64,000 nucleotides of DNA. It comes from an uncultured Bacteroidales bacterium (GTDB taxonomy: Bacteria; Bacteroidota; Bacteroidia; Bacteroidales; P3). Below the pieces are notes generated by a model that had not been told where the DNA came from, did no database searches, and saw only the letters and a list, made by a program, of their open reading frames with translations. Shown here in pieces: positions 8,559 to 18,000 of this stretch. Positions within the stretch are counted from its first letter, which is position 1; every line of letters begins with the position of its first letter. The stretch spans positions 4,107 through 68,106 of the forward strand of contig ONGA01000011.1 in NCBI GenBank assembly GCA_900317285.1, written 5' to 3'. The position numbers and the translations under genes are program-made.

Positions 8559-10670
8559 CTAGAACTGTTGTCCGCTGGCGAGAAAATCGGAGACGAGGTC
8601 GAGGAGTTCCTTTCCGTATTTTTTCATGAAAACAGGACCAATACCTTTCAATGCCAGCAGTTGAGATGGGGTGCGTGGAGTATTGGCAGCGATTGCCATG
8701 AGAATGGATTGATGCAGGATTTGGAAAGGCAGTACACCTTCTTCTTTCGCTTTTGCTGTGCGCCAATGTTTTATAAGTGTTACAAGCTCGGGATTTGCGT
8801 TGGTTGGTAGTTCGCTGTCGTCACGCTTTCTTGTTTTTCTTTCCACTTTCTTCTCTCCATTTTCCTCTTTTTTCATCATGGCATCGACCTTGGCTTTCTG
8901 CACGGCCTGCACGCTGTAGCCTTTCTCTTTGACGGTGCGGAGGCATACGACCTTGACTTTCAGCGCCTCGGAGAGTTCCTTGCCCGCTTCGTCCACGTTC
9001 TTTTTGGTCTCCTTGTTGTCGATTTCCACCTCGAGAATGGCGGGCAATTGGGAATTGAAAAGGGCAATCTGCGCCAGGTAGTACTCGGCACCCTTGCGGG
9101 CGCGTTCATCCTGCTGCCGCTCGTCGAGGCGCATCAGCTGGGACTTGAACTTCTCGCTGACGGACTGGAGGTCGAGGAGCTTGGAAATGTGATTGTTGAG
9201 GCTGGAGAGCTGATCGGGGTAGATGTTCTTGAGCTTGGAGTAATGTTCCTGCAGGCGCTCGGCGAGGCGCACGAGGTCGTCCATGCCGAAGAGTTCCATG
9301 AGCTTGTCGAGACGGTACTGCCGCTCGTATTCGCTGGCGGCATCGGAGGCCTGCTCGAAGGTGGGCTGGCTGCTGACGAACTGGCTGACGGAGCGGTCTT
9401 CGAATGCCACGCCTGCGGTGAGGGGAGTGGAGAGGGTGAGGCCTTCGAGGGTGCGGCAGCGGCTCAGGGCTACATAGACCTGCCCGAAGGCGAAAGCATC
9501 GGCGGCATCGATGACCACGCGGTCGAAGGTGAGACCCTGGGCCTTGTGGATGGTGACGGCCCATGCCGCCTGCAGGGGGTACTGGCTGAAGGTTCCTTCC
9601 ACCTCCTGCTCTATTTCGTTGGTCTTCTCGTTCAGTTTGTATTTCAGGCTTTCCCACGTCTCGCGACTTGCCTGGATGACATCCCCGTCATCGTTGATGA
9701 CCTCGATATAGTCTTTCTTTTCTTCTTCGTCGTAAGTGAATTGAGACACTGTGCCCAGCATGCCGTTGTAGTAGCGGTGGCCGCCGGAGGAATCGTTTTT
9801 GACGAACATCACGCGCTCGCCGACCTTGATTTCCAATGTTCTGTCGCAGGGGAGCGACTTTTCTGGGAAGTTTCCTTTGAGGATAGCTTCAAAGGTGCGC
9901 CGCTCGCCACGGAGGGCATCCATGTGGCGCCGATTGATGGCGTCGGCCTGACGATTGTGGGTGGTGAGGGTAATGGCTTCTTTTTGAGTAATGCCAACGC
10001 GGCTGTTCAATGTATTTAGGGTGGTTGTGTCGATATTGTTGTCGCGCACATGGTTCAGAAGGTCGACAAATGCCTGGTCCTGCTGGCGGTAGACGGTGGT
10101 GAGCTCGATAGTGACATAGGGTATCCGCTGCAACGCCTTGCTGGCGAAGAAGTAGGGGGTGGGGTAGACCTGCTGCATGTAGGTCTTTTCGGCCTCCGTG
10201 ACCACGGGCGACAGCTGGTGCACGTCGCCAATCATCAGCAGTTGCACACCGCCGAAGGGACGGGAAGAACGGCGGTAGCGCCGGAGGGTCATGTCGATGG
10301 CGTCGAGCAGGTCGGCACGCACCATTGATATTTCGTCGATGATGAGTAGCTCCAGAGTGCGTATAACGTTGAGCTTGTTCTTGCTGAGCGACTTGCGGTT
10401 CTCCGGTAGTTGGTATTCGGTGACTAGTTCCTTGACGTCGGGCAGGTAGGGGTCAAAGGGCAGTTGGAAGAAAGAGTGGATGGTGACGCCGCCGGCATTG
10501 ATGGCCGCCACGCCCGTGGGAGCCACAATGGCGTGACGCTTGGGGCATCGTGCCGCCACCTCGCGCAGGAAGGTGGTCTTGCCGGTGCCCGCCTTGCCAG
10601 TGAGGAATACCGACACACCAGTCTGTTCGACATATCGGCGCGCCAGTTCTATTTGGGGGTTGGTTTCCAT
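8559..10670 (-). CDS. Pif1/RecD-like SF1 DNA helicase with a C-terminal HRDC-like domain
   Basis: 703 aa. Walker A GKAGTGKTT. Helicase motifs (IIDEISMV, VTIHKAQG). C-terminal LPFQILHQSILMAIA...LKGIGPVFMKKYG. Confidence 0.8.
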   Translation of the reverse strand: METNPQIELARRYVEQTGVSVFLTGKAGTGKTTFLREVAARCPKRHAIVAPTGVAAINAGGVTIHSFFQLPFDPYLPDVKELVTEYQLPENRKSLSKNKLNVIRTLELLIIDEISMVRADLLDAIDMTLRRYRRSSRPFGGVQLLMIGDVHQLSPVVTEAEKTYMQQVYPTPYFFASKALQRIPYVTIELTTVYRQQDQAFVDLLNHVRDNNIDTTTLNTLNSRVGITQKEAITLTTHNRQADAINRRHMDALRGERRTFEAILKGNFPEKSLPCDRTLEIKVGERVMFVKNDSSGGHRYYNGMLGTVSQFTYDEEEKKDYIEVINDDGDVIQASRETWESLKYKLNEKTNEIEQEVEGTFSQYPLQAAWAVTIHKAQGLTFDRVVIDAADAFAFGQVYVALSRCRTLEGLTLSTPLTAGVAFEDRSVSQFVSSQPTFEQASDAASEYERQYRLDKLMELFGMDDLVRLAERLQEHYSKLKNIYPDQLSSLNNHISKLLDLQSVSEKFKSQLMRLDERQQDERARKGAEYYLAQIALFNSQLPAILEVEIDNKETKKNVDEAGKELSEALKVKVVCLRTVKEKGYSVQAVQKAKVDAMMKKEENGEKKVERKTRKRDDSELPTNANPELVTLIKHWRTAKAKEEGVLPFQILHQSILMAIAANTPRTPSQLLALKGIGPVFMKKYGKELLDLVSDFLASGQQF

Positions 10671-10844
10671 AATCTTTTTAACGTTTTTCGCTAGATTTGA
10701 TTTTATTCAGCGGTGCTCAAAGCCCTAAAGGCAGAATTGCCGTTGATTATTCGTTAATTGCCCGTCAGTTTTATGCCAAATAAAATTATTAACGATAAAT
10801 TGACGGTCAATTATACGATAATTATAGTACCAATAAAACGAATG

Positions 10845-10852
10845 CAAAGATA
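10845..10852 (-). promoter_or_regulatory. -7 promoter box (TATCTTTG), candidate helicase promoter with a ~170-nt leader
   Basis: aatgcaaagatacgaag. Confidence 0.35.
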
Positions 10853-10876
10853 CGAAGTTTTTCTTATACGGCAAAA

Positions 10877-10884
10877 TATGTTTG
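10877..10884 (+). promoter_or_regulatory. -7 promoter box (TATGTTTG) for alaX
   Basis: aaatatgtttgcc. It overlaps the track's ORF start at 10882, so the real start must be ATG 10906. Confidence 0.4.
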
Positions 10885-10905
10885 CCAATTCGGCGTTATA
10901 TCAAC

Positions 10906-11373
10906 ATGGAAACACCGATACTTAATGAACACAATAAGCAGGAAGAGCCCCGAATGCATTCCTGCGAGCATATTTTAAACCAGACGATGGTGCGGATGTT
11001 TGGCTGTCCGCGGTCAAGGAATGCGCATATCGAAAAGAAGAAGAGCAAGTGCGACTATCTGCTTGACGCCTGCCCCACGGAGGAGCAGGTACAGGAGATT
11101 GAACGCAGGGTCAACGAGGTGATTGCGCAGCACCTGTCCGTCAGCTACGAGTTTGTGAAGAGGGGAGAAGTGCCGCTGGAGGTAGACCTCTGGAAGCTGC
11201 CCGACGATGCTAGCGAGACCCTCCGCCTCGTCCGCATTGGCGACTACGACCTCTGCGCCTGCGTTGGCACCCACGTGCAGAACACCTCCGAAATCGGCAC
11301 CTTCAAAATCCTCTCCCACGATTGGAATGAGGAGACTCGCACCTGGCGGATGCGGTTCAAACTAATTGAATAA
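10906..11373 (+). CDS. alaX: AlaX-S-like alanyl-tRNA editing protein (tRNA_SAD domain)
   Basis: Start METPILNEH. HxxxH (HSCEHIL) and CxxxH (CACVGTH) zinc motifs. ~155 aa. Confidence 0.7.
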   Translation: METPILNEHNKQEEPRMHSCEHILNQTMVRMFGCPRSRNAHIEKKKSKCDYLLDACPTEEQVQEIERRVNEVIAQHLSVSYEFVKRGEVPLEVDLWKLPDDASETLRLVRIGDYDLCACVGTHVQNTSEIGTFKILSHDWNEETRTWRMRFKLIE

Positions 11374-11402
11374 AAAAAGCGCTCAATCGAGCGCTTTTTT
11401 TT
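11372..11402. terminator. bidirectional intrinsic terminator between alaX and groEL
   Basis: A-run, GCGCTC aatc GAGCGC, then T-run. Confidence 0.8.
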
Positions 11403-11421
11403 ATTCAATGGAACTCGCGGC

Positions 11422-13077
<1,656 letters not shown>

Positions 13078-13078
13078 T

Positions 13079-13149
13079 CAATCAGAACTAAAAGAACAAA
13101 AAGAAAATTCTTGATGCTGTTTTTCTGATAGTTCTTTTCGTTCTGATTG
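13079..13149. repeat. palindromic ATCAGAAC element in the groES-groEL spacer
   Basis: CAATCAGAACTAAAAGAAC ... GTTCTTTTCGTTCTGATTG: 19-bp arms with one mismatch. Close homologue at 57775-57829. Confidence 0.8.
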
Positions 13150-13191
13150 ATATTAATTAATTTTGCTTGTTTTTTTAGTTTTGTTTGAGCT

Positions 13192-13464
13192 TTAGATGAT
13201 AGCGTAAATATCGCTCTCTTTCATGATCATCAGCTTCTCGCCGTCGATTTCGATCTCGGTGCCGCTGTACTTGCCGTAGAGGACTTGGTCGCCCACCTTG
13301 ACGGTCATCTCATGGTCTTTGGTGCCCTTGCCAACGGCGAGGACTTCGCCGCGCTGCGGTTTCTCTTTGGCGGTGTCGGGGATGATGATGCCGCTGGCGG
13401 TCTTCTGTTCAGCCTCGGCGGGACGCACGAGGACTCTGTCTGCTAAAGGTTTGATGTTTGTCAT
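13192..13464 (-). CDS. groES: co-chaperonin GroES
   Basis: 90 aa. [15 protein letters not shown]... Confidence 0.97.
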   Translation of the reverse strand: MTNIKPLADRVLVRPAEAEQKTASGIIIPDTAKEKPQRGEVLAVGKGTKDHEMTVKVGDQVLYGKYSGTEIEIDGEKLMIMKESDIYAII

Positions 13465-13500
13465 AATACTTTATTTTTAGTTTTCTTTTTTTTCTTATTA

Positions 13501-13533
13501 TTCTAGTTTCACTAGTTATTCTAGTTTCACTAG
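13501..13533. promoter_or_regulatory. two tandem copies of the 15-mer TTCTAGTTTCACTAG, each containing the palindrome CTAGT-TTC-ACTAG, upstream of groES
   Basis: Copies at 13501-13515 and 13519-13533, 37-70 nt upstream of the groES ATG. Function unknown. Confidence 0.4.
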
Positions 13534-13583
13534 GACGACTGGAAACAATCAACAACCGTGCCAACCCCCATAAAACTGCCAGC

Positions 13584-13624
13584 GACTGCCACCTGCTGAC
13601 ACTTTGTCAGTCCCGGTGGCAGTC
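13584..13624. other. nested perfect palindrome / stem-loop
   Basis: GACTGCCACC tg CTGACA ctt TGTCAG tccc GGTGGCAGTC. Confidence 0.6.
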
Positions 13625-13661
13625 ACCATGTCGTTATGTCAAACATCTGTCATAAACGAGT

Positions 13662-13685
13662 CAGGCCCGCCGTGCGGCGGGCCTG
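13662..13685. other. 10-bp GC-rich hairpin (CAGGCCCGCC gtgc GGCGGGCCTG)
   Basis: Perfect stem. On the plus strand a T8 run begins 16 nt downstream. No upstream plus-strand gene. Confidence 0.5.
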
Positions 13686-13730
13686 CTATCGATTTACGAC
13701 TTTTTTTTATATTGTATTCATTTTTTTTTG

Positions 13731-13738
13731 TATTTTTG
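13731..13738 (+). promoter_or_regulatory. -7 promoter box (TATTTTTG) for typA
   Basis: ttgtatttttgcaac, 27 nt upstream of ATG 13765. Confidence 0.5.
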
Positions 13739-13764
13739 CAACTTGATTCAACTCTATATAATCG

Positions 13765-15678
13765 ATGCAAAATATTAGAAATATTGCAATTATAGCTCAC
13801 GTCGACCACGGAAAGACCACTCTGGTCGACCGCATGCTTCATCAGGCAAAGCTCTTCCGCGACAATCAGGAGACCGGCGAACTCATCCTCGACAACAACG
13901 ACCTCGAGCGCGAACGCGGCATCACCATCCTGTCGAAAAACGTCAGTGTCCGGTACAAGGGTTACAAAATCAATATCATCGACACTCCGGGTCACAGTGA
14001 CTTCGGCGGCGAGGTGGAGCGCGTGCTCAACATGGCCGACGGCGTCCTCCTCGTGGTCGACGCTTTTGAAGGCCCCATGCCGCAGACTCGCTTCGTCCTC
14101 CAGAAAGCCATCGAGCTGGGCCTCAAACCCATCGTGGTGGTCAACAAGGTCGACAAGCCCAACTGCGACCCCGAGCTGACGCAGGAGGCCGTCTTCGACC
14201 TCATGTTCAACCTCGGCGCCAACAACGACCAGCTCGAGTTCCCCACCGCCTACGGCTCCGCCAAGCAGGGCTGGATGGGTGAGGACTATAACACCCCCAC
14301 CGAGGACATCTCCTACCTCATGGACCTCATCATCGAGCACATTCCTGCTCCCAAGACCGACGAGGGTACCACCCAGATGATGATTTCCTCTCTCGACTAC
14401 AGTTCCTACCTCGGCCGTATCGCCGTGGGACGCCTCCATCGCGGCACCCTGCAGGCGGGTCAGAACGTCACCCTCGCCAAACGCGACGGTACTATGGTGA
14501 AGACTAAGATTAAGGAACTCTATGTCTTTGAGGGTCTTGGAAAAGAGAGAATAAAGACTCCTGTGGAGGCCGGTGAGATTTGCGCCGTGCTCATGGACCT
14601 CGACAAGAATGTCGCCTTCGAGATTGGCGACACCATCTGCGATATCGACAACCCCGAGGCTCTGCCCCCCATCAAGGTCGACGAGCCCACCATGTCCATG
14701 CTCTTCACCATCAACAACTCGCCCTTCTTCGGCAAGGAGGGCAAGTATGTCACCAGCCGCCACCTGCGCGACCGCCTCTTCGCCGAGCTGGAGAAGAACC
14801 TCGCTATGCGCATCGAGGAGACCGGCTCGCCCGATTCGCTGCTTGTCTACGGCCGCGGCATCATGCACCTCTCCGTCCTCATCGAGACCATGCGCCGCGA
14901 GGGCTATGAGCTGCAGGTGGGTCAGCCGAAGGTCATCATCCGCTACGGGAAAATTGAAAATGGAAAATTGAAAATTGAAAATTCGCTGCCGCACCCGGAT
15001 AATTCTCAATTCTCAACTCTCAATTCTCAATTAATCAAGTGCGAGCCTATCGAGCAACTCACCGTCCTGGTGCCCGAGGAGTTCAGCTCCAAAGTCATCG
15101 ATGTCGTCACCCGCCGCAAAGGCGAGGTGGGCACCATCGACACCAAGGGCGACCGTGTGCAGCTCGACTTCACCATCCCCTCGCGTGGCATCATCGGCTT
15201 GCGCAACACCCTTCTCACCGCCACCAACGGCGAGGCCATCATCGCCCACCGCTTCCTTGAGTTCCAGCCCTGGAAAGGCGACATGGACGACCACAAGTAT
15301 GGCGCCCTCATCGCCAAGGAGACCGGCGAGGCAACAGCCTACAGCATCAGCAAGCTGCAGGACCGCGGCCCCTTCTTCATCGAGCCGGGCGACCACGTCT
15401 ATGCCGGCGAAGTCATCGGCGAGAGCCTCCGTCCCGGCAACGACATCGTCATCAACGTCGTCACCGCCAAAAACCTCACCAACATGCGCACCAAGAGCGC
15501 CGACGAGAAGAGCACCTGCTCGCCCGCCATCAAGATGAGCCTCGAGGAGGCCATGGAGTACATCCGCGAGGATGAATACCTCGAGATCACCCCGCAACAC
15601 CTCCGCATCCGCAAGATCATCCTCGACGAAATCGAGCGCAAGCGCGCCCGCATCGCCGCCGGATACAAGGACGAGTAA
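13765..15678 (+). CDS. typA: translational GTPase TypA/BipA carrying a ~31-codon in-frame insertion
   Basis: 637 aa. [14 protein letters not shown]1 motif. Full-length BipA architecture. 30-35 aa longer than typical BipA. Confidence 0.95.
   Translation: MQNIRNIAIIAHVDHGKTTLVDRMLHQAKLFRDNQETGELILDNNDLERERGITILSKNVSVRYKGYKINIIDTPGHSDFGGEVERVLNMADGVLLVVDAFEGPMPQTRFVLQKAIELGLKPIVVVNKVDKPNCDPELTQEAVFDLMFNLGANNDQLEFPTAYGSAKQGWMGEDYNTPTEDISYLMDLIIEHIPAPKTDEGTTQMMISSLDYSSYLGRIAVGRLHRGTLQAGQNVTLAKRDGTMVKTKIKELYVFEGLGKERIKTPVEAGEICAVLMDLDKNVAFEIGDTICDIDNPEALPPIKVDEPTMSMLFTINNSPFFGKEGKYVTSRHLRDRLFAELEKNLAMRIEETGSPDSLLVYGRGIMHLSVLIETMRREGYELQVGQPKVIIRYGKIENGKLKIENSLPHPDNSQFSTLNSQLIKCEPIEQLTVLVPEEFSSKVIDVVTRRKGEVGTIDTKGDRVQLDFTIPSRGIIGLRNTLLTATNGEAIIAHRFLEFQPWKGDMDDHKYGALIAKETGEATAYSISKLQDRGPFFIEPGDHVYAGEVIGESLRPGNDIVINVVTAKNLTNMRTKSADEKSTCSPAIKMSLEEAMEYIREDEYLEITPQHLRIRKIILDEIERKRARIAAGYKDE
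14947..15034. mobile_element. MITE/RPE-like palindromic heptamer element inserted in frame in typA
   Basis: Left arm (GAAAATT)n at 14948-14983, loop cgctgccgcacccggat, right arm (AATTCTC)n at 15001-15033. Encodes [29 protein letters not shown]. Confidence 0.7.
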
Positions 15679-15790
15679 CCATTCGTCAACGTCAGGATAC
15701 AAAGAGAGCGAGACTGTCAGCCCCGCTCCCCTTCCTTATCCATCCATCTCTATATTCAATCCTCCGCCCACCCGCCACCTGCCAAACAAC

Positions 15791-16465
15791 CTACAGCACC
15801 GAGACGATAGCGGCATCAACCTCGCCCCTCTTGACCGTGGGTTCGAAACGCTTGACCACCTTGCCGTCACGACCAATGAGGAACTTGGTAAAATTCCATT
15901 TGATGTCGGGGTTCTGGTCGTAGAGGCTGTCCTCGGCACGGAACATACGGTCAAGGTAGGCACCTATGCCGTCTGTGGTGTCGAAGCCGCCGAAGGGGGC
16001 CTGCTCCTTGAGCCATACATAAAGCGCTTGGGCGCTGTCGCCGCCCACCTCAATCTTGGCCATCTGAGGGAAGGTGATGTTGTAGGTGCCTGTACAGAAG
16101 GCGTGTATCTCGTCATAGCTGCCGGGAGCCTGCTCGCCAAACTGGTTGCAGGGGAAATCCAGCACCTCGAAACCACGGTCGTGATACTTGGCATAGAGCT
16201 GCTGCAGCTCCTCATACTGAGGGGTGAAACCGCACTGTGTGGCCGTGTTCACCACCAGCAGCACCTTGCCCTGATAGTCGCTCAGGCTTACCGTGTCGAG
16301 GTTGCCGTTGAGGACCGAGAACTGATAGATGTTGTCCGTGTCCGCCACCACCGGCTCTGACTTCTGTTTGCAGCCGACCGTCATCATCGCGGCCGCCAAA
16401 AGGATGAAGAAAGTCCAGTGGACTTTCGATAGCGAAGCGGAGAATAATAGTTCAGATTTCTTCAT
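15791..16465 (-). CDS. gpx: glutathione peroxidase family lipoprotein
   Basis: 224 aa. NTATQCGFTPQ and FPCNQFGEQ motifs. Signal ending MTVGC. Confidence 0.85.
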   Translation of the reverse strand: MKKSELLFSASLSKVHWTFFILLAAAMMTVGCKQKSEPVVADTDNIYQFSVLNGNLDTVSLSDYQGKVLLVVNTATQCGFTPQYEELQQLYAKYHDRGFEVLDFPCNQFGEQAPGSYDEIHAFCTGTYNITFPQMAKIEVGGDSAQALYVWLKEQAPFGGFDTTDGIGAYLDRMFRAEDSLYDQNPDIKWNFTKFLIGRDGKVVKRFEPTVKRGEVDAAIVSVL

Positions 16466-16720
16466 GTGTATTATGCTTTAATTTTTAGATAAAAAACGCT
16501 GCCGACATAAATTTATTGTGCCGTGTAAGAGTCATCATTAATTATACTGCCTTGCGCTGCACGTGAAGACAAATGCCTGTGGCATTTGGCGATAGCGAAG
16601 CGGAGAACGAGGGGGACCCCGAGTCGGTGCTTGCACCGAATACACCGATTCGAACACGGCGTTGTTGTAGACTTGCAGATTTACACAGACTACACATTCA
16701 TACTTTCGAGGCTTGGCTAC

Positions 16721-17335
16721 TTAGTCTATATATGATACATAGTTACCTCTGACGCACTTCCATCTGCCGTTTTCAAGGAGTGTGACAGTATCACCATAAA
16801 CGCCATCTATCTTATCGCCATTTTTGTCCACGGCATACCAGTAACGGCCTTGCTTGATTAGGAAACAACCGTTCCAGAACATGAAAGGGCTTTCGTTAGA
16901 ATAACACTCCACTTTACGACCGGAACAATGGTAGATGTCCCAAGAACCGGAACTGCGTTGGATCGTTACATAACCATAAGGGAAATAATATATTTCCTTA
17001 CCGTAGATGCCATCAACCAAATCTCCGTTCTCGTCGGCGAGATACCAAGTCTTGCCTCGTCTTACGCGGTAATAGCCGTTATAGAGGAGGTTAATTTCAT
17101 CACCGTAAAGGATAGAGCTATTGTTGCGGTAGATATAGACCGTACGTGCGGATGTCTTTACATAACAACCATTCCATAAATCTTGATAATTGTCGGTGCA
17201 GGCCACAGCTTTTCGGGTGGTCACTTCATGTCCCGTATTCTCAAAGTGCAGATTGTAATTATCGGATACTACATACTGCGCCTGCGTGGCTGCCAGGCAA
17301 GCCATCATCACTGCGGCTAATAATATTTTCTTCAT
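16721..17335 (-). CDS. secreted repeat protein (WG-repeat-like), low-GC gene
   Basis: 204 aa. Signal peptide. Internal repeats YYRVRRGKTWYLADENGDLVDGIYG and FLIKQGRYWYAVDKNGDKIDGVYG. By eye GC is lower than in the neighbours. Confidence 0.55.
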   Translation of the reverse strand: MKKILLAAVMMACLAATQAQYVVSDNYNLHFENTGHEVTTRKAVACTDNYQDLWNGCYVKTSARTVYIYRNNSSILYGDEINLLYNGYYRVRRGKTWYLADENGDLVDGIYGKEIYYFPYGYVTIQRSSGSWDIYHCSGRKVECYSNESPFMFWNGCFLIKQGRYWYAVDKNGDKIDGVYGDTVTLLENGRWKCVRGNYVSYID

Positions 17336-17568
17336 ATTTATTCTGTTTGTTTCTGATTAGTATCCATTTCCAAAACACCTCGTTGCTCCCTCGCGAAACA
17401 ATATTTCATTTCTTACACCATTAAGAACGCCAACTCCTTGAAGATATTGCCCCTGACAGAAACAAAAATTGCCGCAACTATGTGGCAGAGAGAGGCAATT
17501 GAATTAAAAACAAAGCGGAAAGTCCCCTAACTATTGCCCTCAGGATTGTGGCATTTGCGGAAAAGTTG

Positions 17569-17576
17569 TATCTTTG
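17569..17576 (+). promoter_or_regulatory. -7 promoter box (TATCTTTG)
   Basis: gttgtatctttgcagc, 12 nt upstream of ATG 17588. Confidence 0.5.
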
Positions 17577-17587
17577 CAGCCCGAAAG

Positions 17588-17914
17588 ATGAACCGATTAT
17601 TGCGACATATTGCGCCTTTTTTATTGTTGGCCAGCTATTTGCCAATGGTGGTGCTGTCGTCGCTGCATGTGCATCACGAGACAATTGACGCCCATGACGA
17701 CTGCCAGCAATGTGTCGGACATATAGAAGAGGCTCATCATCACGACCACGACTGCCTTTATTGTTCCTTCCTTAGCCTGAACTATCTTGTTCAGGGAGAC
17801 GGGCAGACGATGGAAATCATCCCCACCGTGGAGTGCTTCGCCACGCCGACACCGGACATCGTGCCGCAGCTCCAACACGGGATGGTCCAGTTGAGGGCTC
17901 CGCCAGCGGCGTAG
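17588..17914 (+). CDS. small His/Cys-rich exported or membrane-anchored protein (DUF2946-like metal-binding candidate)
   Basis: Start MNRLLRHIAPFLLLASYLPMVVLSSLHVHHETIDAHDDCQQCVGHIEEAHHHDHDCLYCSF. One N-terminal TM or signal segment. Two CxxC motifs and 10+ His. Confidence 0.55.
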   Translation: MNRLLRHIAPFLLLASYLPMVVLSSLHVHHETIDAHDDCQQCVGHIEEAHHHDHDCLYCSFLSLNYLVQGDGQTMEIIPTVECFATPTPDIVPQLQHGMVQLRAPPAA

Positions 17915-18000
17915 TTCCCCCTTTACATTATATATAGTTTTTCTAGTATTTCCAGTTTTTCTGGAATTGCTGGTGTATTTATCATTTAGCATTATAAATA

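Noticed and set aside
8559-10670. Pif1-like helicase (and topoisomerase III at 57846-59645) as markers of an integrative conjugative element or defence island
   Set aside because: No integrase, relaxase, tra genes, toxin genes or att-like repeats are nearby. Both sit among housekeeping genes and have native-like codon usage.
13465-13600. CIRCE (HrcA operator) upstream of groES
   Set aside because: No match to TTAGCACTC-N9-GAGTGCTAA. The palindromes present (CTAGT-N3-ACTAG) are different.
13662-13710. GC hairpin plus T-run as an intrinsic terminator
   Set aside because: The T-run starts 16 nt after the stem, and no plus-strand gene ends upstream. I kept it only as an unexplained hairpin.
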